Below are positions 8,236 through 18,477 of a DNA stretch of 56,879 bases, one piece after another. Source of the DNA: an uncultured Gammaproteobacteria bacterium. Its GTDB lineage: Bacteria; Patescibacteriota; Patescibacteriia; Patescibacteriales; UBA12465. Within the stretch, counting starts at the first letter, position 1; every line of letters begins with the position of its first letter. The stretch lies in the NCBI GenBank assembly GCA_964639785.1, contig CAZXEE010000004.1, positions 1 to 56,879 on the forward strand. Reading direction: 5' to 3'. The translations under genes were made by a program, and so were the position numbers. A model generated the notes under the pieces. The model worked only from the letters and a program-made list of their open reading frames with translations, was not told the DNA's origin and ran no database searches.

Positions 8236-9339
8236 ATGAATACTACTTTTTTAGTGATATTTTTTATCTTAGTTTTAGGCGGTTTGATAGCAGTCATTTC
8301 TTTGCTTTTGAAGAATGGCGGCGGCGATGTCAAATCAGTTGCCCTGATGGAAAGATTGGCTCAGCAATCTGAGAAGCTGGCTCAGCTTTCAGACCAGAAT
8401 CGGGAAATCCGTTATGAGTTAGACAAGAAACTGTCTGAAACTCATCAAGCCAACAAGGAGAATTTTGGCCAGACTGCCAAGATCATGCAGAATATTTCCG
8501 GACAGTCTACCAAGATAATCACTGATTTGACTGATCGTTTAGCTAAGTTAGAGGAGACTAACCGCCAGGTGTTGGATTTTTCCACCCAATTGCAAAGCTT
8601 ACAAGATATCTTGAAGAATCCGAAACAGCGTGGTGTTTTGGGTGAATATTTCTTGGAGGAAACTCTGAAGAATGTCTTGCCGCCTAATTCTTATCAAATG
8701 CAATATCCTTTCAAGGATGGCTCGATAGTCGATGCTGTAGTCTTTGTGAAGGACAAGGTTATTCCGGTAGACTCTAAATTTTCTTTAGAAAACTATGAAA
8801 GAGTCCTGAATGCCAAGGATGCCGAGACTAAGGAAAAGTTTGAAAAGCAATTCAAGCAGGATCTGAAGACCAGGATCGATGAGACTTCCAAGTATGTAAA
8901 GCCAGCGGAGAAGACTATGGATTTTGCTTTCATGTTTATTCCTTCGGAGGCGATTTATTACGACCTATTGATTAACAAGGTTGGAGCGGTGCAGGTTAAT
9001 ACGCGTGATCTGGTTGAATATGCTTTCCGAGATAAAAAGGTTATCATCGTCTCCCCGACTTCGTTCTTGGCTTATCTCCAGACTGTCTTACAGGGTTTGA
9101 GGGCGATGCAGATCGAAGAGAGCGCCAAAGAGATCAAGAACAATGTGGAAAAATTAGGCAAACATATTTTGAGCTATGACGAATTGCTTAAAAAATTAGG
9201 CAAGAATATCAGCACCTCGGTCAATTGTTACAATGATGCCTATAAGGAATTTGAGAAGATCGATAAGGACGTTGTTAAGATTTCAGGCGGAGAACGCCAA
9301 GTGGAAGCCCTCTTGATCGATCGGCCTAAGCTAGATTAA
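8236..9339 (+). CDS. rmuC: DNA recombination protein RmuC
   Basis: N-terminal TM helix, long coiled coil, then RmuC-type region (KQRGVLGEYFLEETLKNVLP, FAFMFIPSEAIYYDL, VIIVSPTSFLAYLQ). Confidence 0.85.
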   Translation: MNTTFLVIFFILVLGGLIAVISLLLKNGGGDVKSVALMERLAQQSEKLAQLSDQNREIRYELDKKLSETHQANKENFGQTAKIMQNISGQSTKIITDLTDRLAKLEETNRQVLDFSTQLQSLQDILKNPKQRGVLGEYFLEETLKNVLPPNSYQMQYPFKDGSIVDAVVFVKDKVIPVDSKFSLENYERVLNAKDAETKEKFEKQFKQDLKTRIDETSKYVKPAEKTMDFAFMFIPSEAIYYDLLINKVGAVQVNTRDLVEYAFRDKKVIIVSPTSFLAYLQTVLQGLRAMQIEESAKEIKNNVEKLGKHILSYDELLKKLGKNISTSVNCYNDAYKEFEKIDKDVVKISGGERQVEALLIDRPKLD

Positions 9340-9346
9340 TTTCATT

Positions 9347-10267
9347 ATGGAAAATAATGATCGAATCCGGATCTTGTCAGAGTCGATTGCTAAAGTCATC
9401 GTCTTTTTCGACTTGTTTGATTACCCCCTGTCTTCCTATGAGATTTGGCAATATTTGGATATTTCAGCTGACTTATCGGAAATCAAGGATATCTTGGATG
9501 CTGGAATTTCGGGAATAGAGAGTGAAAACGGCTTTTATTTCTTGGTTTCTCGCCGAGAGATTATTCTGGAAAGACAAAGGCGGTATCATTTTAGTGCGAA
9601 CAAGTTCAGATTGGCTAATCGAGCCGTCAAGCTATTCCGTTTGATCCCTTATGTTGAAATGGTGGCCGTTTCCAATATTATCGGTTCTCATAATTTACGG
9701 GACGGTAGCGATATCGACTTATTTATTGTTACCAGTCCCCGCAGATTATGGCTGACCAGATTGTTCTGCGCCGGAGTGGCAAAGATTCTGGGTTGGCGTC
9801 CAACGAGAGAAACTAAAAGGAATCGGATTTGTCTCAGCTTTTACGCCAGTTCTAATGCTTTGGATCTGAGTGCTTTGAGGCTCGGAGAGGAAGATATCTA
9901 TTTTAATTATTGGCTGGCTGGATTAGTTCCTATTTATGATCAGAATCAGATCTATCATCATCTGATCGAGGAGAACGGATGGTTGCAGAGATCTTTACCT
10001 AATTGGCAGGAGAATAAGGTCTTGCTGGGAGTTAGTAATCATTGGCATCTTAGCCATTTCAGGTTATTTTCTGGATTATTTGACCGGTTAGAGAAGAAAA
10101 CTATGGCTTGGCAGCTGAAAATAATGCCACCAGCGCTTAAGTCTCTGGTTAATGTCGATACTCGCGTCAGGGCGGATGAAAGAATAATTAAATTATATTT
10201 AGTCGACAGGCGGCGGGAATTTTTGGATAAATTTTCTCTGCGCTTGGATCAGACTTTAAATAAATAA
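9347..10267 (+). CDS. Hypothetical protein with a putative Pol-beta-type nucleotidyltransferase motif
   Basis: IGSHNLRDGSDIDLFIVT fits the G[SG]-x(n)-DxD minimal nucleotidyltransferase signature. The rest is unrecognised. The stop lies 1 nt before the next gene's start. Confidence 0.45.
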   Translation: MENNDRIRILSESIAKVIVFFDLFDYPLSSYEIWQYLDISADLSEIKDILDAGISGIESENGFYFLVSRREIILERQRRYHFSANKFRLANRAVKLFRLIPYVEMVAVSNIIGSHNLRDGSDIDLFIVTSPRRLWLTRLFCAGVAKILGWRPTRETKRNRICLSFYASSNALDLSALRLGEEDIYFNYWLAGLVPIYDQNQIYHHLIEENGWLQRSLPNWQENKVLLGVSNHWHLSHFRLFSGLFDRLEKKTMAWQLKIMPPALKSLVNVDTRVRADERIIKLYLVDRRREFLDKFSLRLDQTLNK

Positions 10268-10268
10268 T

Positions 10269-11654
10269 ATGAATTATTTTAAAAAAGCGGGAGAGTTCTT
10301 GCTTTATCTCTTGGCTTTCCTCTTGCCGATCCAGACCCGATTGATTATCCGTCCGGGAATAATCAATTTCGGTTATTTGGAGTATGGGACTATCAGCTTG
10401 TATCTGACTGATATTGTCCTGGTTGTCCTGTTGTCGTTTTTGGCCATAAACTTATTACGGCCTAAGAAGAAAAAATTATTCAGTCTTAATCTGTTTCAAG
10501 ATAAGATCAAGAATGACTATGCCTTAATAGTCTTGATATTTTTTGAATTGGTTGTTTTTGTTTCGATCTTTTTTGCTCCCTACGTCCTTTTAGCGGTTTA
10601 TAAATATCTCTTGTTCCTGTTGGGTATAATAGTTTTCTTGATAGTCCGACAAGGCCAATTTTTCAATCGCTTGAAATTGATCTATAGCTTTTTGACTGGC
10701 ATATTCTTGCAATCCATTTTAGCCTTATATCAATTTTTGACTCAATCGACTTTTGCTAGCAAGATATTGGGTTTGTCTTTGCATAATCCGGAAGTTCCGG
10801 GAGTTTCGGTGGTTGAAGTTTACAATCGCCAGGGCTTATTGGTCCGTTGGCTGAGGTCTTATGGCGGTTTGGATCATCCTAATATACTGGGTGGAGTTTT
10901 AGCGATTGGTATAATAATCTTGGTTGGCTTGTTGGTAGAGAGAAGAAAATGGCAGATAGCGGCTAAACATTTGAAAGCATTTGTTATTACTAATTATGTC
11001 TTGCTTTTCTTTTTTGGCCTGGCCCTGATTTTTACCTTTTCCCATGCTGCTTACCTGGCTGCTTTTATTGGTGTCGCTACCGTTTTGATATTGTCTGATT
11101 CTTGCCACTTGAAGAACAAAGTTGATCCGAAATCTTTGGACTGCGGTTTTATCTTAGGTTTTGGCGTTTTATTCATCGTTATCTGGTCAATGTTATTTAG
11201 TGTTATCGATGTCCGTTTGTTTGGCAACTCTCGTTTGGAACAGATTTCTAACCAAGAGAGAATTAGCGGTTATGTCGACTCTTTGCAAAGCATTGCGGCT
11301 CGCCCGGTTACCGGTTGGGGTGTTGGTAATTATTATCTTAGTTTGTATATCAGGCAACCTTTTTTCCAGAGTTATTTCTACCAGCCGGTCCATAACGTTT
11401 TCTTATTAGTGGCGGCGGAAACTGGAATCTTGGGAGCTTTGCTGTTCGTTTTTTTCTTGGTTATTTTGCTTTGGACAAAGCTATCGGATTTCAAGAATAA
11501 TGGACTTTCAATAGCTTTGCTCTTCGCCTTTTTGGTAATTATGCTAGTTGATCATTGGCTATGGAGCTTGCATTTCGGTATATTGTTCTTCTGGTTGGTA
11601 TTGGGGTTGTCGACGTGGGAGTTTAATGATAAGAAATTCGGTTTAAATAAATAG
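10269..11654 (+). CDS. O-antigen ligase-like (Wzy_C domain) polytopic membrane protein
   Basis: At least 10 predicted TM helices. A Wzy_C-like loop is followed by HNVFLLVAAETGILGALLFVFFLV. Confidence 0.75.
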   Translation: MNYFKKAGEFLLYLLAFLLPIQTRLIIRPGIINFGYLEYGTISLYLTDIVLVVLLSFLAINLLRPKKKKLFSLNLFQDKIKNDYALIVLIFFELVVFVSIFFAPYVLLAVYKYLLFLLGIIVFLIVRQGQFFNRLKLIYSFLTGIFLQSILALYQFLTQSTFASKILGLSLHNPEVPGVSVVEVYNRQGLLVRWLRSYGGLDHPNILGGVLAIGIIILVGLLVERRKWQIAAKHLKAFVITNYVLLFFFGLALIFTFSHAAYLAAFIGVATVLILSDSCHLKNKVDPKSLDCGFILGFGVLFIVIWSMLFSVIDVRLFGNSRLEQISNQERISGYVDSLQSIAARPVTGWGVGNYYLSLYIRQPFFQSYFYQPVHNVFLLVAAETGILGALLFVFFLVILLWTKLSDFKNNGLSIALLFAFLVIMLVDHWLWSLHFGILFFWLVLGLSTWEFNDKKFGLNK

Positions 11655-11662
11655 AATAGTTA

Positions 11663-11689
11663 AAAAGCGCGGTTATATCCGCGCTTTTT
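11663..11689 (+). terminator. Intrinsic terminator
   Basis: Hairpin aaagcgcgg-ttatat-ccgcgcttt followed by a T-run. Confidence 0.7.
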
Positions 11690-11769
11690 GCTTATTATCA
11701 GCTTAATTGACAATTCTATTAAATAACCTTAATGTTAGATAAATAGTTGTTTCACAAAAATCATCAATC

Positions 11770-12126
11770 ATGGCAGAAAAAATACGTTTAGACGTCGGGG
11801 ATATAATCAAGCCCCTTAATCCTTCTGGCGTTGTCGCTTCTTGGCGATCACGACGCAATACTTTCATGACCTACCTGGTGTTTTCTATCGATGGTTGGCG
11901 GGCGGTTACCGATCAGAAATTTGATCCAGATAAATCTGATATGAGGTATGTGATTTGCTTCATCATGCCTAAGTCTGGCATTGATTCTGTTTTTCCCGAT
12001 GATGTTAATTGTCGGATAGAAATTAGATCAGTCGGCCCCGCTTATGTCAATGGTTTATTTTTCTATGATAATGAGGATGACGATGATGAAAAAGAATATA
12101 TTATCCGAACCTGGATAATGAGATAA
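11770..12126 (+). CDS. Hypothetical protein (118 aa, acidic DDDDE tract near the C-terminus)
   Basis: The ORF is preceded by TTGACA-N17-TAATGT (11707-11735) and followed by a bidirectional terminator. No family recognised. Confidence 0.5.
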   Translation: MAEKIRLDVGDIIKPLNPSGVVASWRSRRNTFMTYLVFSIDGWRAVTDQKFDPDKSDMRYVICFIMPKSGIDSVFPDDVNCRIEIRSVGPAYVNGLFFYDNEDDDDEKEYIIRTWIMR

Positions 12127-12162
12127 AAAAAGGCGCTTTAAATAAGCGCCTTTTATTTTTTT
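12125..12162. terminator. Bidirectional intrinsic terminator between convergent genes
   Basis: An 8-bp stem, aggcgctt-taaat-aagcgcct, is flanked by an A-run and a T-run. Confidence 0.7.
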
Positions 12163-12371
12163 TCTATCTTGTAATTTTCTTGCAGGAACATCAGGTCTGA
12201 TTTCAGATTCTGGAAGGCTTGTTCAGTGGCTGCGTCATTTTTCATTCTCTGCCTTATTAAATCCAGGAGGGTGGCTATTGTTCCGAAGTAATCATCATTC
12301 TCAACATGAAATTTAACGCTTTCCCGGTCTCTGACTAGCCAGACTACCGGCTTGATATCATATCTTGCCAT
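12153..12371 (-). CDS. Hypothetical small protein (72 aa) immediately downstream of radC
   Basis: The track ORF 12153..12404 overlaps radC by 32 nt. An internal ATG at 12371 (MARYDIKP...) follows the radC stop (12373-12375) after a single intervening nucleotide (12372). Confidence 0.45.
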   Translation of the reverse strand: MARYDIKPVVWLVRDRESVKFHVENDDYFGTIATLLDLIRQRMKNDAATEQAFQNLKSDLMFLQENYKIEKK

Positions 12372-12372
12372 A

Positions 12373-13095
12373 CTATAAGATGCTGACAAATCTGTTTCCG
12401 GCAATGATGATGTGGTCTAAGACATTGATTCCTAATATCTTTCCGGCTTCGGTTAATTTTTCAGTTACTTCTCGATCTTCAGCACTAGCTTTTAATTCCC
12501 CGGAAGGATGATTGTGGGCGATAATAACAGCGGTGGCGCCATATTGGATGGCTGGTTTGAAAACTTCTCGCGGGTGGACGATGCTGGCATTGATGCTGCC
12601 GACTGAAATAGTTTCGTCATGGATCAGTTGATAGCGGCTGTTTAGGTATAGTCCTCGGAATTGTTCTTTGTTCAAATTTCTCATGTCAGTCAGATAGTCG
12701 AAGGCTTGGCGGGCGGAGCGGATATTATTCAGTCCTTCGCTTTTCTTTTGGAAGAAGCGGCGTCCTAACTCGAAACAAGCTACTATTTGGCAAGATTTGA
12801 CCAGTGGTACGTTCAATTCACAACTGATAACGGCTGGGCTGAGTTGGTTGATGATATTCTTTTCCCCATATTCTCTTAGTAATCGGGAGGACATCGTCAT
12901 CACCTCTTCTTTTTTAGTGCCATTTCCCAGAACTACCGCTAACAATTCGGTAGTTGACAAATTGCGTGGGCCATTGGCAATCAGTTTTTCTCGGGGTTTT
13001 TCTTCCTCCGGCAAATCGGCTATTTTCATGATGTATTGTCGGTCGGCAATGCTCATGGTCATTATTTCATTGGTTTTAATTTGATATTTGGGCAT
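12373..13095 (-). CDS. radC: RadC-like JAB/MPN-domain protein
   Basis: N-terminal HhH-like region (LSTTELLAVVLGNG). JAMM motif AHNHPSGELKASAEDREVT. Confidence 0.9.
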   Translation of the reverse strand: MPKYQIKTNEIMTMSIADRQYIMKIADLPEEEKPREKLIANGPRNLSTTELLAVVLGNGTKKEEVMTMSSRLLREYGEKNIINQLSPAVISCELNVPLVKSCQIVACFELGRRFFQKKSEGLNNIRSARQAFDYLTDMRNLNKEQFRGLYLNSRYQLIHDETISVGSINASIVHPREVFKPAIQYGATAVIIAHNHPSGELKASAEDREVTEKLTEAGKILGINVLDHIIIAGNRFVSIL

Positions 13096-13178
13096 AAGTT
13101 TATATTAATATTTTTCGCTTTTAATTATAGCAGATTTGTGCTAAATTTAAAATGAAATGAAAAATAATCCGATAAAAT

Positions 13179-14453
13179 ATGAATAAAATCAAGGTATCTA
13201 AGCTTAAAAATAGGTTGCCATTATTGTTTATTCCGATGCAAGGCACCAAAACCGTGACAGTTTTAGCGGTTGTCAAGACCGGTTCTAAGAATGAGACTAA
13301 GGCGGAAAGCGGTTTGTCCCATTTTATTGAGCATATGTTTTTTAAGGGTACGTCTCGGCGCCCCAATACTTTGGCTCTAGCTTCAGAATTAGATGCTTTG
13401 GGAGGGGAATACAATGCTTTTACTTCTAAGGAATACACAGGATATTATGTAAAAGCTGAGGCCCATAAATTACCCCAGGCCTTGGATATTATCAGCGATA
13501 TGCTGCTTAATTCCACTTTTTCGGCTGAAGAGATTGAACGGGAAAGAGGTGTGATCATTGAGGAGGTCAATATGTATGAAGATAATCCGATGGCTCAAAT
13601 CGAAGATATCTTTGAAGAGTTGCTTTATGGCGATACTCCGGCCGGCCGGTTCACTATCGGTACCAAGAAAAATATAAAATCATTCCAGAGAGAAGATTTT
13701 ATGAGCTATCTGAAGACCCAATATGGAGTTAATAGCACTTTTGTGGTTATAGCTGGAAACACTTCTTTGAAAGAAGCCAGCCAAGAAGCTAACAAGGCTT
13801 TTGCCAAGTATCCGGTTAACAAGTTCCGACGCAAGGAAAAATTGGTTGAAAAGCAAAAAGCTCCAGCTCTGAAAATCAAGATCAAGCCGACTGACCAGTC
13901 TCATCTTTGTCTGGGTGTCAGAACTTTCCCGGTGGGCCATAAGGATGAATTTGCAGCTAAACTTTTAGCCGTTATCTTAGGAGGATCGATGAGCTCCCGG
14001 CTCTTTATTGAATTGCGGGAACGTCGCGGCTTGGCTTATTACGTTAAGACTCACAATGAATATTATACTGATTCCGGCTATTTAGTGACTCAAGCCGGCG
14101 TGCCCAAGGATAAGCTGGAGGAGTCGGTTCAGTTGATAATCGAGGCTTATCGAGAAATAGCTAGTAAAGAAGTCAGTCGAGCTGAATTGAAAAGAGCTAA
14201 GGACCTGTATTCCGGCCGTTTGGCTATCCAATTAGAAGCTTCTGATGATGTGGCTAATTGGTATGCCAGCCAAGCAGTCATGGAACGGGATCTTATCAAT
14301 TCTGACCAATTCTTGAAAAAGATCAAAGCCGTTACGGTTCAAGATATCCGCCGCGTGGCCCGGAATATCTTTGTCGACAAAGGTTTGAATCTGGCTGTCA
14401 TCGGTTCTCGCGCCGACGAAAAGAAATTGCGCTCTATCCTTAAATTCAAATAG
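13179..14453 (+). CDS. M16 family (pitrilysin/insulinase-like) zinc peptidase
   Basis: Inverted zinc motif HxxEH in GLSHFIEHMFFKGT, with a downstream Glu in REGVIIEE-type region. Length matches the two-domain M16B architecture. Confidence 0.85.
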   Translation: MNKIKVSKLKNRLPLLFIPMQGTKTVTVLAVVKTGSKNETKAESGLSHFIEHMFFKGTSRRPNTLALASELDALGGEYNAFTSKEYTGYYVKAEAHKLPQALDIISDMLLNSTFSAEEIERERGVIIEEVNMYEDNPMAQIEDIFEELLYGDTPAGRFTIGTKKNIKSFQREDFMSYLKTQYGVNSTFVVIAGNTSLKEASQEANKAFAKYPVNKFRRKEKLVEKQKAPALKIKIKPTDQSHLCLGVRTFPVGHKDEFAAKLLAVILGGSMSSRLFIELRERRGLAYYVKTHNEYYTDSGYLVTQAGVPKDKLEESVQLIIEAYREIASKEVSRAELKRAKDLYSGRLAIQLEASDDVANWYASQAVMERDLINSDQFLKKIKAVTVQDIRRVARNIFVDKGLNLAVIGSRADEKKLRSILKFK

Positions 14454-14456
14454 ATT

Positions 14457-17414
14457 ATGCCCAATGAATTATTAGCCAATCTAAACCCCGCTCAGCTTAA
14501 GGCCGTCACCCATGGTTCCGGCCCCTTGTTAATCGTGGCTGGAGCTGGTACCGGCAAGACTACGGTTCTGATTAATCGTTTGGCTTATTTAATACTGGAA
14601 AAGAAAATTAATCCCGATGACCTTTTGCTTTTGACTTTTACGGAAAAAGCAACCAAGGAAATGGAAGAGCGGGCTGACAAGGTCTTGCCTTATGGCTATT
14701 TTGACCTTTGGATTAATACCTTCCATGGTTTTAGTGAAAGATTATTGCGCCAGCATGGCCTGGACATCGGTTTGAATCCAGATTTTAAATTATTGAATAC
14801 CACGGAACAATGGGTGCTTATCAAGCGCCACTTGGATGACCTAGAGCTGGATTATTACCGGCCCTTGGGCAATCCCAACAAGTTCATCCATGAAATCATC
14901 AAGCATTTTTCTAGGTTGAAAGATGAAAATATTTCTCCTCAGGATTACCTGGATTATGCTGATAGCTTGGAAGAAAAAGGTGCTATTATTCCTAAGAAAT
15001 TGAAGAAAAAAAATGAATCTGAAGACGGAGATGATGAGATGGAGGCTTCTCGGATTAAAGAATTGGCTCGGGCTTATGAGATTTATAATCAATTATTATT
15101 GGATAATAATTATTTGGATTTCGGAGATTTGATTTTTTATACTCTCAGGCTTTTCAGGGAACGTCCTAATATCTTGAAAATATATTCCGACAAATTTAAG
15201 TACATCATGGTGGATGAGTTCCAAGACACTAATATGGCGCAGTATGAGCTTTTAAAAATGCTAGCCGGAAAAAAATTGAACCTGACTGTCGTGGGAGATG
15301 ATGATCAGGCGATCTATAAGTTCCGTGGTGCTTCTATCTCTAATATTTTGCAATTTAAAGATGATTATCCTCAAGCCAAAGAAATAATCCTGACTGAGAA
15401 TTACCGATCAAACCAGGAGATTCTAGATAAAGCTTATCATTTTATCCAGAATAATAATCCGAATCGCTTGGAGGATAAATTGAAGATCAATAAGAGATTG
15501 GTGGCTAAGCGGCCCAAGGATTCCAGCTTGTCCCCCCGAGTCAAATTTATCAATTTCAATAATGATTATGAAGCGGCGGCATTCGTGGTGGAGAAGATCA
15601 AGTCGGAGTTCCAATCTCGGGAAGATGTTTCTTGGATGGATTTTGCTATTCTGGTTCGAGCCAATGATACGGCGGATAAATATATCAAGGAATTGAAACG
15701 CCAAGGATTGCCTTATCAATTCGTATCCTTAAAAGGTTTGTATTTTAAGCCGATAATTTTGGATATCATCTCTTATTTCAGGCTATTGGATAATTATCAT
15801 GAGTCATCCGCTTTGTTCCGGGTTTTGAATATGGATGTTTTCAAGGTGCCCTATGAAGACCTGGTTAATATCCATAAGACGGCCAGGACAAAAGTCTGGT
15901 CTTTGTATGAGGCTTTGAAAAATATATCTGAAATCAAAAATATTGCAGCTGAGTCGGTAAATAATATTAATAATCTTTTGAGATTTATCGAGGCTCATTC
16001 GGGATTGGTTAAGACTGAGAAACTGAGTCGCTTGTTCGTGAAGTTCGTTTATGATATCGGCTTATTCAAATCATTGGACCATGACAAGGATCAGGAGATT
16101 TTTTCTTATCTCAACCAATTCTATCAGAAGATTAAGGAATTTGAAGCGGCTGATCCTGATTTGCGCCTGAAGGATTTTGTCGAGATGATCGATTTGGAGT
16201 TGGAGGCCGGCGAAACTGGCGCTTTAAGATTGGATTATGACGATGCCGATGTCGTTAAAGTGATGACTATCCATGCCGCTAAAGGCTTGGAATTCAAATA
16301 TGTCTTCGTGGTTGATCTGGTTGATAAGCGTTTCCCGACCATCAATCGTGGTGAGAGAATCTCTATTCCGGAACCTCTTATCAAAGAAAAAATTGGAGAG
16401 GGTTCTGATTTTCATTTAGAAGAAGAGCGTCGCTTATTCTATGTCGCCATGACCAGAGCTAAAGATGAATTATACCTGACTGCTGCTAAGGACTATGGCG
16501 GAGCTCGGGACAAGAAGCCGTCTCGTTTCATTGAGGAGTCTGGTATCGATCCGGAAACTGGCAATTATGACTTGCCGGCCGAGAATGATTTGTGGCGTGA
16601 TGTCAGCCGTCTGGATGATAAGATGGAGGAGAAGGAGCGGCAAGTATTGACTTGGCATCTGCCGGAGAGATTTTCTTTTTCCCAGCTAGCCGCTTATTCT
16701 TCCTGTCCACTACAATACAAGCTAGCCTTCATCTTGCGTATTCCGGCTCCGACCGACAAGCCGAGCTTGATATTCGGCCACGTCATGCATGAGGTGTTGA
16801 GGGAATTCATGCTGCCGCTTTTAGTAGATGAGGAAAAAAATTTGTTTTCCGCCCCGGATGATTTGTCAGTAGAAAGGATTTTGGGATTATATGAAAAACA
16901 TTGGGTGGCAGACGGGTATGGCAGTCGGGAGAATCGGGAAAAATATTGGCAAAAAGGCCAAGCCATTCTCAGTGATTTTGTGAAAAAGATAAGTAGCGCT
17001 CCGGCTCCTCGGGTCCTGCTTTTAGAAAAGGATTTCGTTTTCAAGATTAACGGCGAGTCTATCAAGGGAGCTATCGACCGGGTTGACAAGCTGCCGGATG
17101 GGACTTTAGAAATATTAGATTACAAGACCGGTAATCCTAAAGAAGGTTTGCTCTGGAAGGATAAGCGGCAATTGATCTTGTATCAATTATTTTTGGAGGA
17201 TTTCTTGAAGACAAAAGTCAGCGCTCTCAGTTATTATTATCTAGAGAATGGAGAAAAGATCTCTTTTATTCCTAAACCGAAAGATATTGAAAAGCTGCAG
17301 CAGGAGATAATCGATGAGATCAAAGCTATCAAGAGCTTGGATTTTGCTCCGACACCGGATAACATCAAATGCCAATTCTGCGATTTTAAAGGGATTTGTG
17401 AGTTTAAGAAGTAA
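14457..17414 (+). CDS. UvrD/PcrA-type SF1 helicase fused to a C-terminal PD-(D/E)xK (Cas4/AddB-like, 4-Cys) nuclease
   Basis: Helicase motifs: Walker A AGAGTGKT, motif II MVDEFQDTN, TENYRS, TIHAAKGLEF. C-terminal nuclease motifs: CPLQYKL, DRVDK, ILDYKTG, QLILYQL, and CQFCDFKGIC. Confidence 0.85.
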   Translation: MPNELLANLNPAQLKAVTHGSGPLLIVAGAGTGKTTVLINRLAYLILEKKINPDDLLLLTFTEKATKEMEERADKVLPYGYFDLWINTFHGFSERLLRQHGLDIGLNPDFKLLNTTEQWVLIKRHLDDLELDYYRPLGNPNKFIHEIIKHFSRLKDENISPQDYLDYADSLEEKGAIIPKKLKKKNESEDGDDEMEASRIKELARAYEIYNQLLLDNNYLDFGDLIFYTLRLFRERPNILKIYSDKFKYIMVDEFQDTNMAQYELLKMLAGKKLNLTVVGDDDQAIYKFRGASISNILQFKDDYPQAKEIILTENYRSNQEILDKAYHFIQNNNPNRLEDKLKINKRLVAKRPKDSSLSPRVKFINFNNDYEAAAFVVEKIKSEFQSREDVSWMDFAILVRANDTADKYIKELKRQGLPYQFVSLKGLYFKPIILDIISYFRLLDNYHESSALFRVLNMDVFKVPYEDLVNIHKTARTKVWSLYEALKNISEIKNIAAESVNNINNLLRFIEAHSGLVKTEKLSRLFVKFVYDIGLFKSLDHDKDQEIFSYLNQFYQKIKEFEAADPDLRLKDFVEMIDLELEAGETGALRLDYDDADVVKVMTIHAAKGLEFKYVFVVDLVDKRFPTINRGERISIPEPLIKEKIGEGSDFHLEEERRLFYVAMTRAKDELYLTAAKDYGGARDKKPSRFIEESGIDPETGNYDLPAENDLWRDVSRLDDKMEEKERQVLTWHLPERFSFSQLAAYSSCPLQYKLAFILRIPAPTDKPSLIFGHVMHEVLREFMLPLLVDEEKNLFSAPDDLSVERILGLYEKHWVADGYGSRENREKYWQKGQAILSDFVKKISSAPAPRVLLLEKDFVFKINGESIKGAIDRVDKLPDGTLEILDYKTGNPKEGLLWKDKRQLILYQLFLEDFLKTKVSALSYYYLENGEKISFIPKPKDIEKLQQEIIDEIKAIKSLDFAPTPDNIKCQFCDFKGICEFKK

Positions 17415-17452
17415 ATTTGAAAAAATCGCTGGACGTGCTAATCTAATGATAT

Positions 17453-18472
17453 ATGGAAAATAACGACGATCGCTTGATCAGCCCGGAAGAGAAAAAGGAT
17501 GAAGCCTCTTTTGATTCCAGTTTGCGCCCCCGAACCCTGGAAGATTATGTGGGACAGGAGAAGGTCAAGCAAAATTTACAGATAACTATTTCAGCCGCCA
17601 AGAAAAGGGGGGAGTCTTTAGAGCATGTTTTGCTTTATGGCGCTCCTGGCTTAGGTAAGACTACTTTGGCCCATGTTATTGCTAATGAATTGGGGGCTAA
17701 TATCCGGGTCACTTCCGGACCGGCGATTGAAAAAGCGGGTGACCTGGCTGCCATCCTGACTAACTTGAATGAAGGCGATATCCTGTTTATCGATGAAATC
17801 CACCGCTTAAATAAGAATATTGAAGAGATCCTTTATCCGGCCATGGAAGATTATGCCTTAGATATCATTATGGGCAAGGGACCGAGTGCTCGGACTTTAC
17901 GTTTAGATCTGCCCCGATTTACGATTATCGGTGCTACTACCCAGGCCAGCACTTTATCAGCTCCGCTCCGGGATCGTTTTGGTATTACCCATCACCTTAA
18001 TTTCTATGAACCGGAAGATATCCAAAAAATAGTCAATCGCAGCGCTGGTTTGTTGGGTATAAATATCGATGAAGCTGCTAGCCGGGCTATTTCTGAAAGA
18101 GCTAGACGGACGCCTCGAATCGCTAACCGCTTGTTGAAGAGGGTGCGTGATTATTGTGAAGTTAAAAGCGATGGGCAGATTAATGAGGGTTCATGTTTCG
18201 AATCTTTCTCGATGTTGGAAGTCGATGAATTGGGTTTGGATTGGGTAGACCGGAAGATATTGGAGACTATTATCCATAAGTTTAAGGGCGGACCGGTGGG
18301 ACTCAATACTTTGTCGGCTGCTACCGGAGAAGAGATGGATACGATTGAGAATATGTACGAACCATATCTGATGCAGCTGGGATTCTTAGATCGGACTTCT
18401 CGCGGCCGAGTGGCCACTGACCTGGCTTATGGCCATTTGAATTTAAACCAAAAAAGAGACACTTTAATTTAG
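17453..18472 (+). CDS. ruvB: Holliday junction branch migration helicase RuvB
   Basis: Motifs [16 protein letters not shown], Walker [10 protein letters not shown] and Walker B FIDEIHRL, plus a C-terminal winged-helix region. Confidence 0.95.
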   Translation: MENNDDRLISPEEKKDEASFDSSLRPRTLEDYVGQEKVKQNLQITISAAKKRGESLEHVLLYGAPGLGKTTLAHVIANELGANIRVTSGPAIEKAGDLAAILTNLNEGDILFIDEIHRLNKNIEEILYPAMEDYALDIIMGKGPSARTLRLDLPRFTIIGATTQASTLSAPLRDRFGITHHLNFYEPEDIQKIVNRSAGLLGINIDEAASRAISERARRTPRIANRLLKRVRDYCEVKSDGQINEGSCFESFSMLEVDELGLDWVDRKILETIIHKFKGGPVGLNTLSAATGEEMDTIENMYEPYLMQLGFLDRTSRGRVATDLAYGHLNLNQKRDTLI

Positions 18473-18477
18473 AAATA

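Noticed and set aside
12372-12404. Annotated 32-nt overlap between radC and the downstream ORF (start at 12404).
   Set aside because: An in-frame ATG at 12371 removes the overlap and lies one nucleotide after the radC stop. The longer start is not needed.
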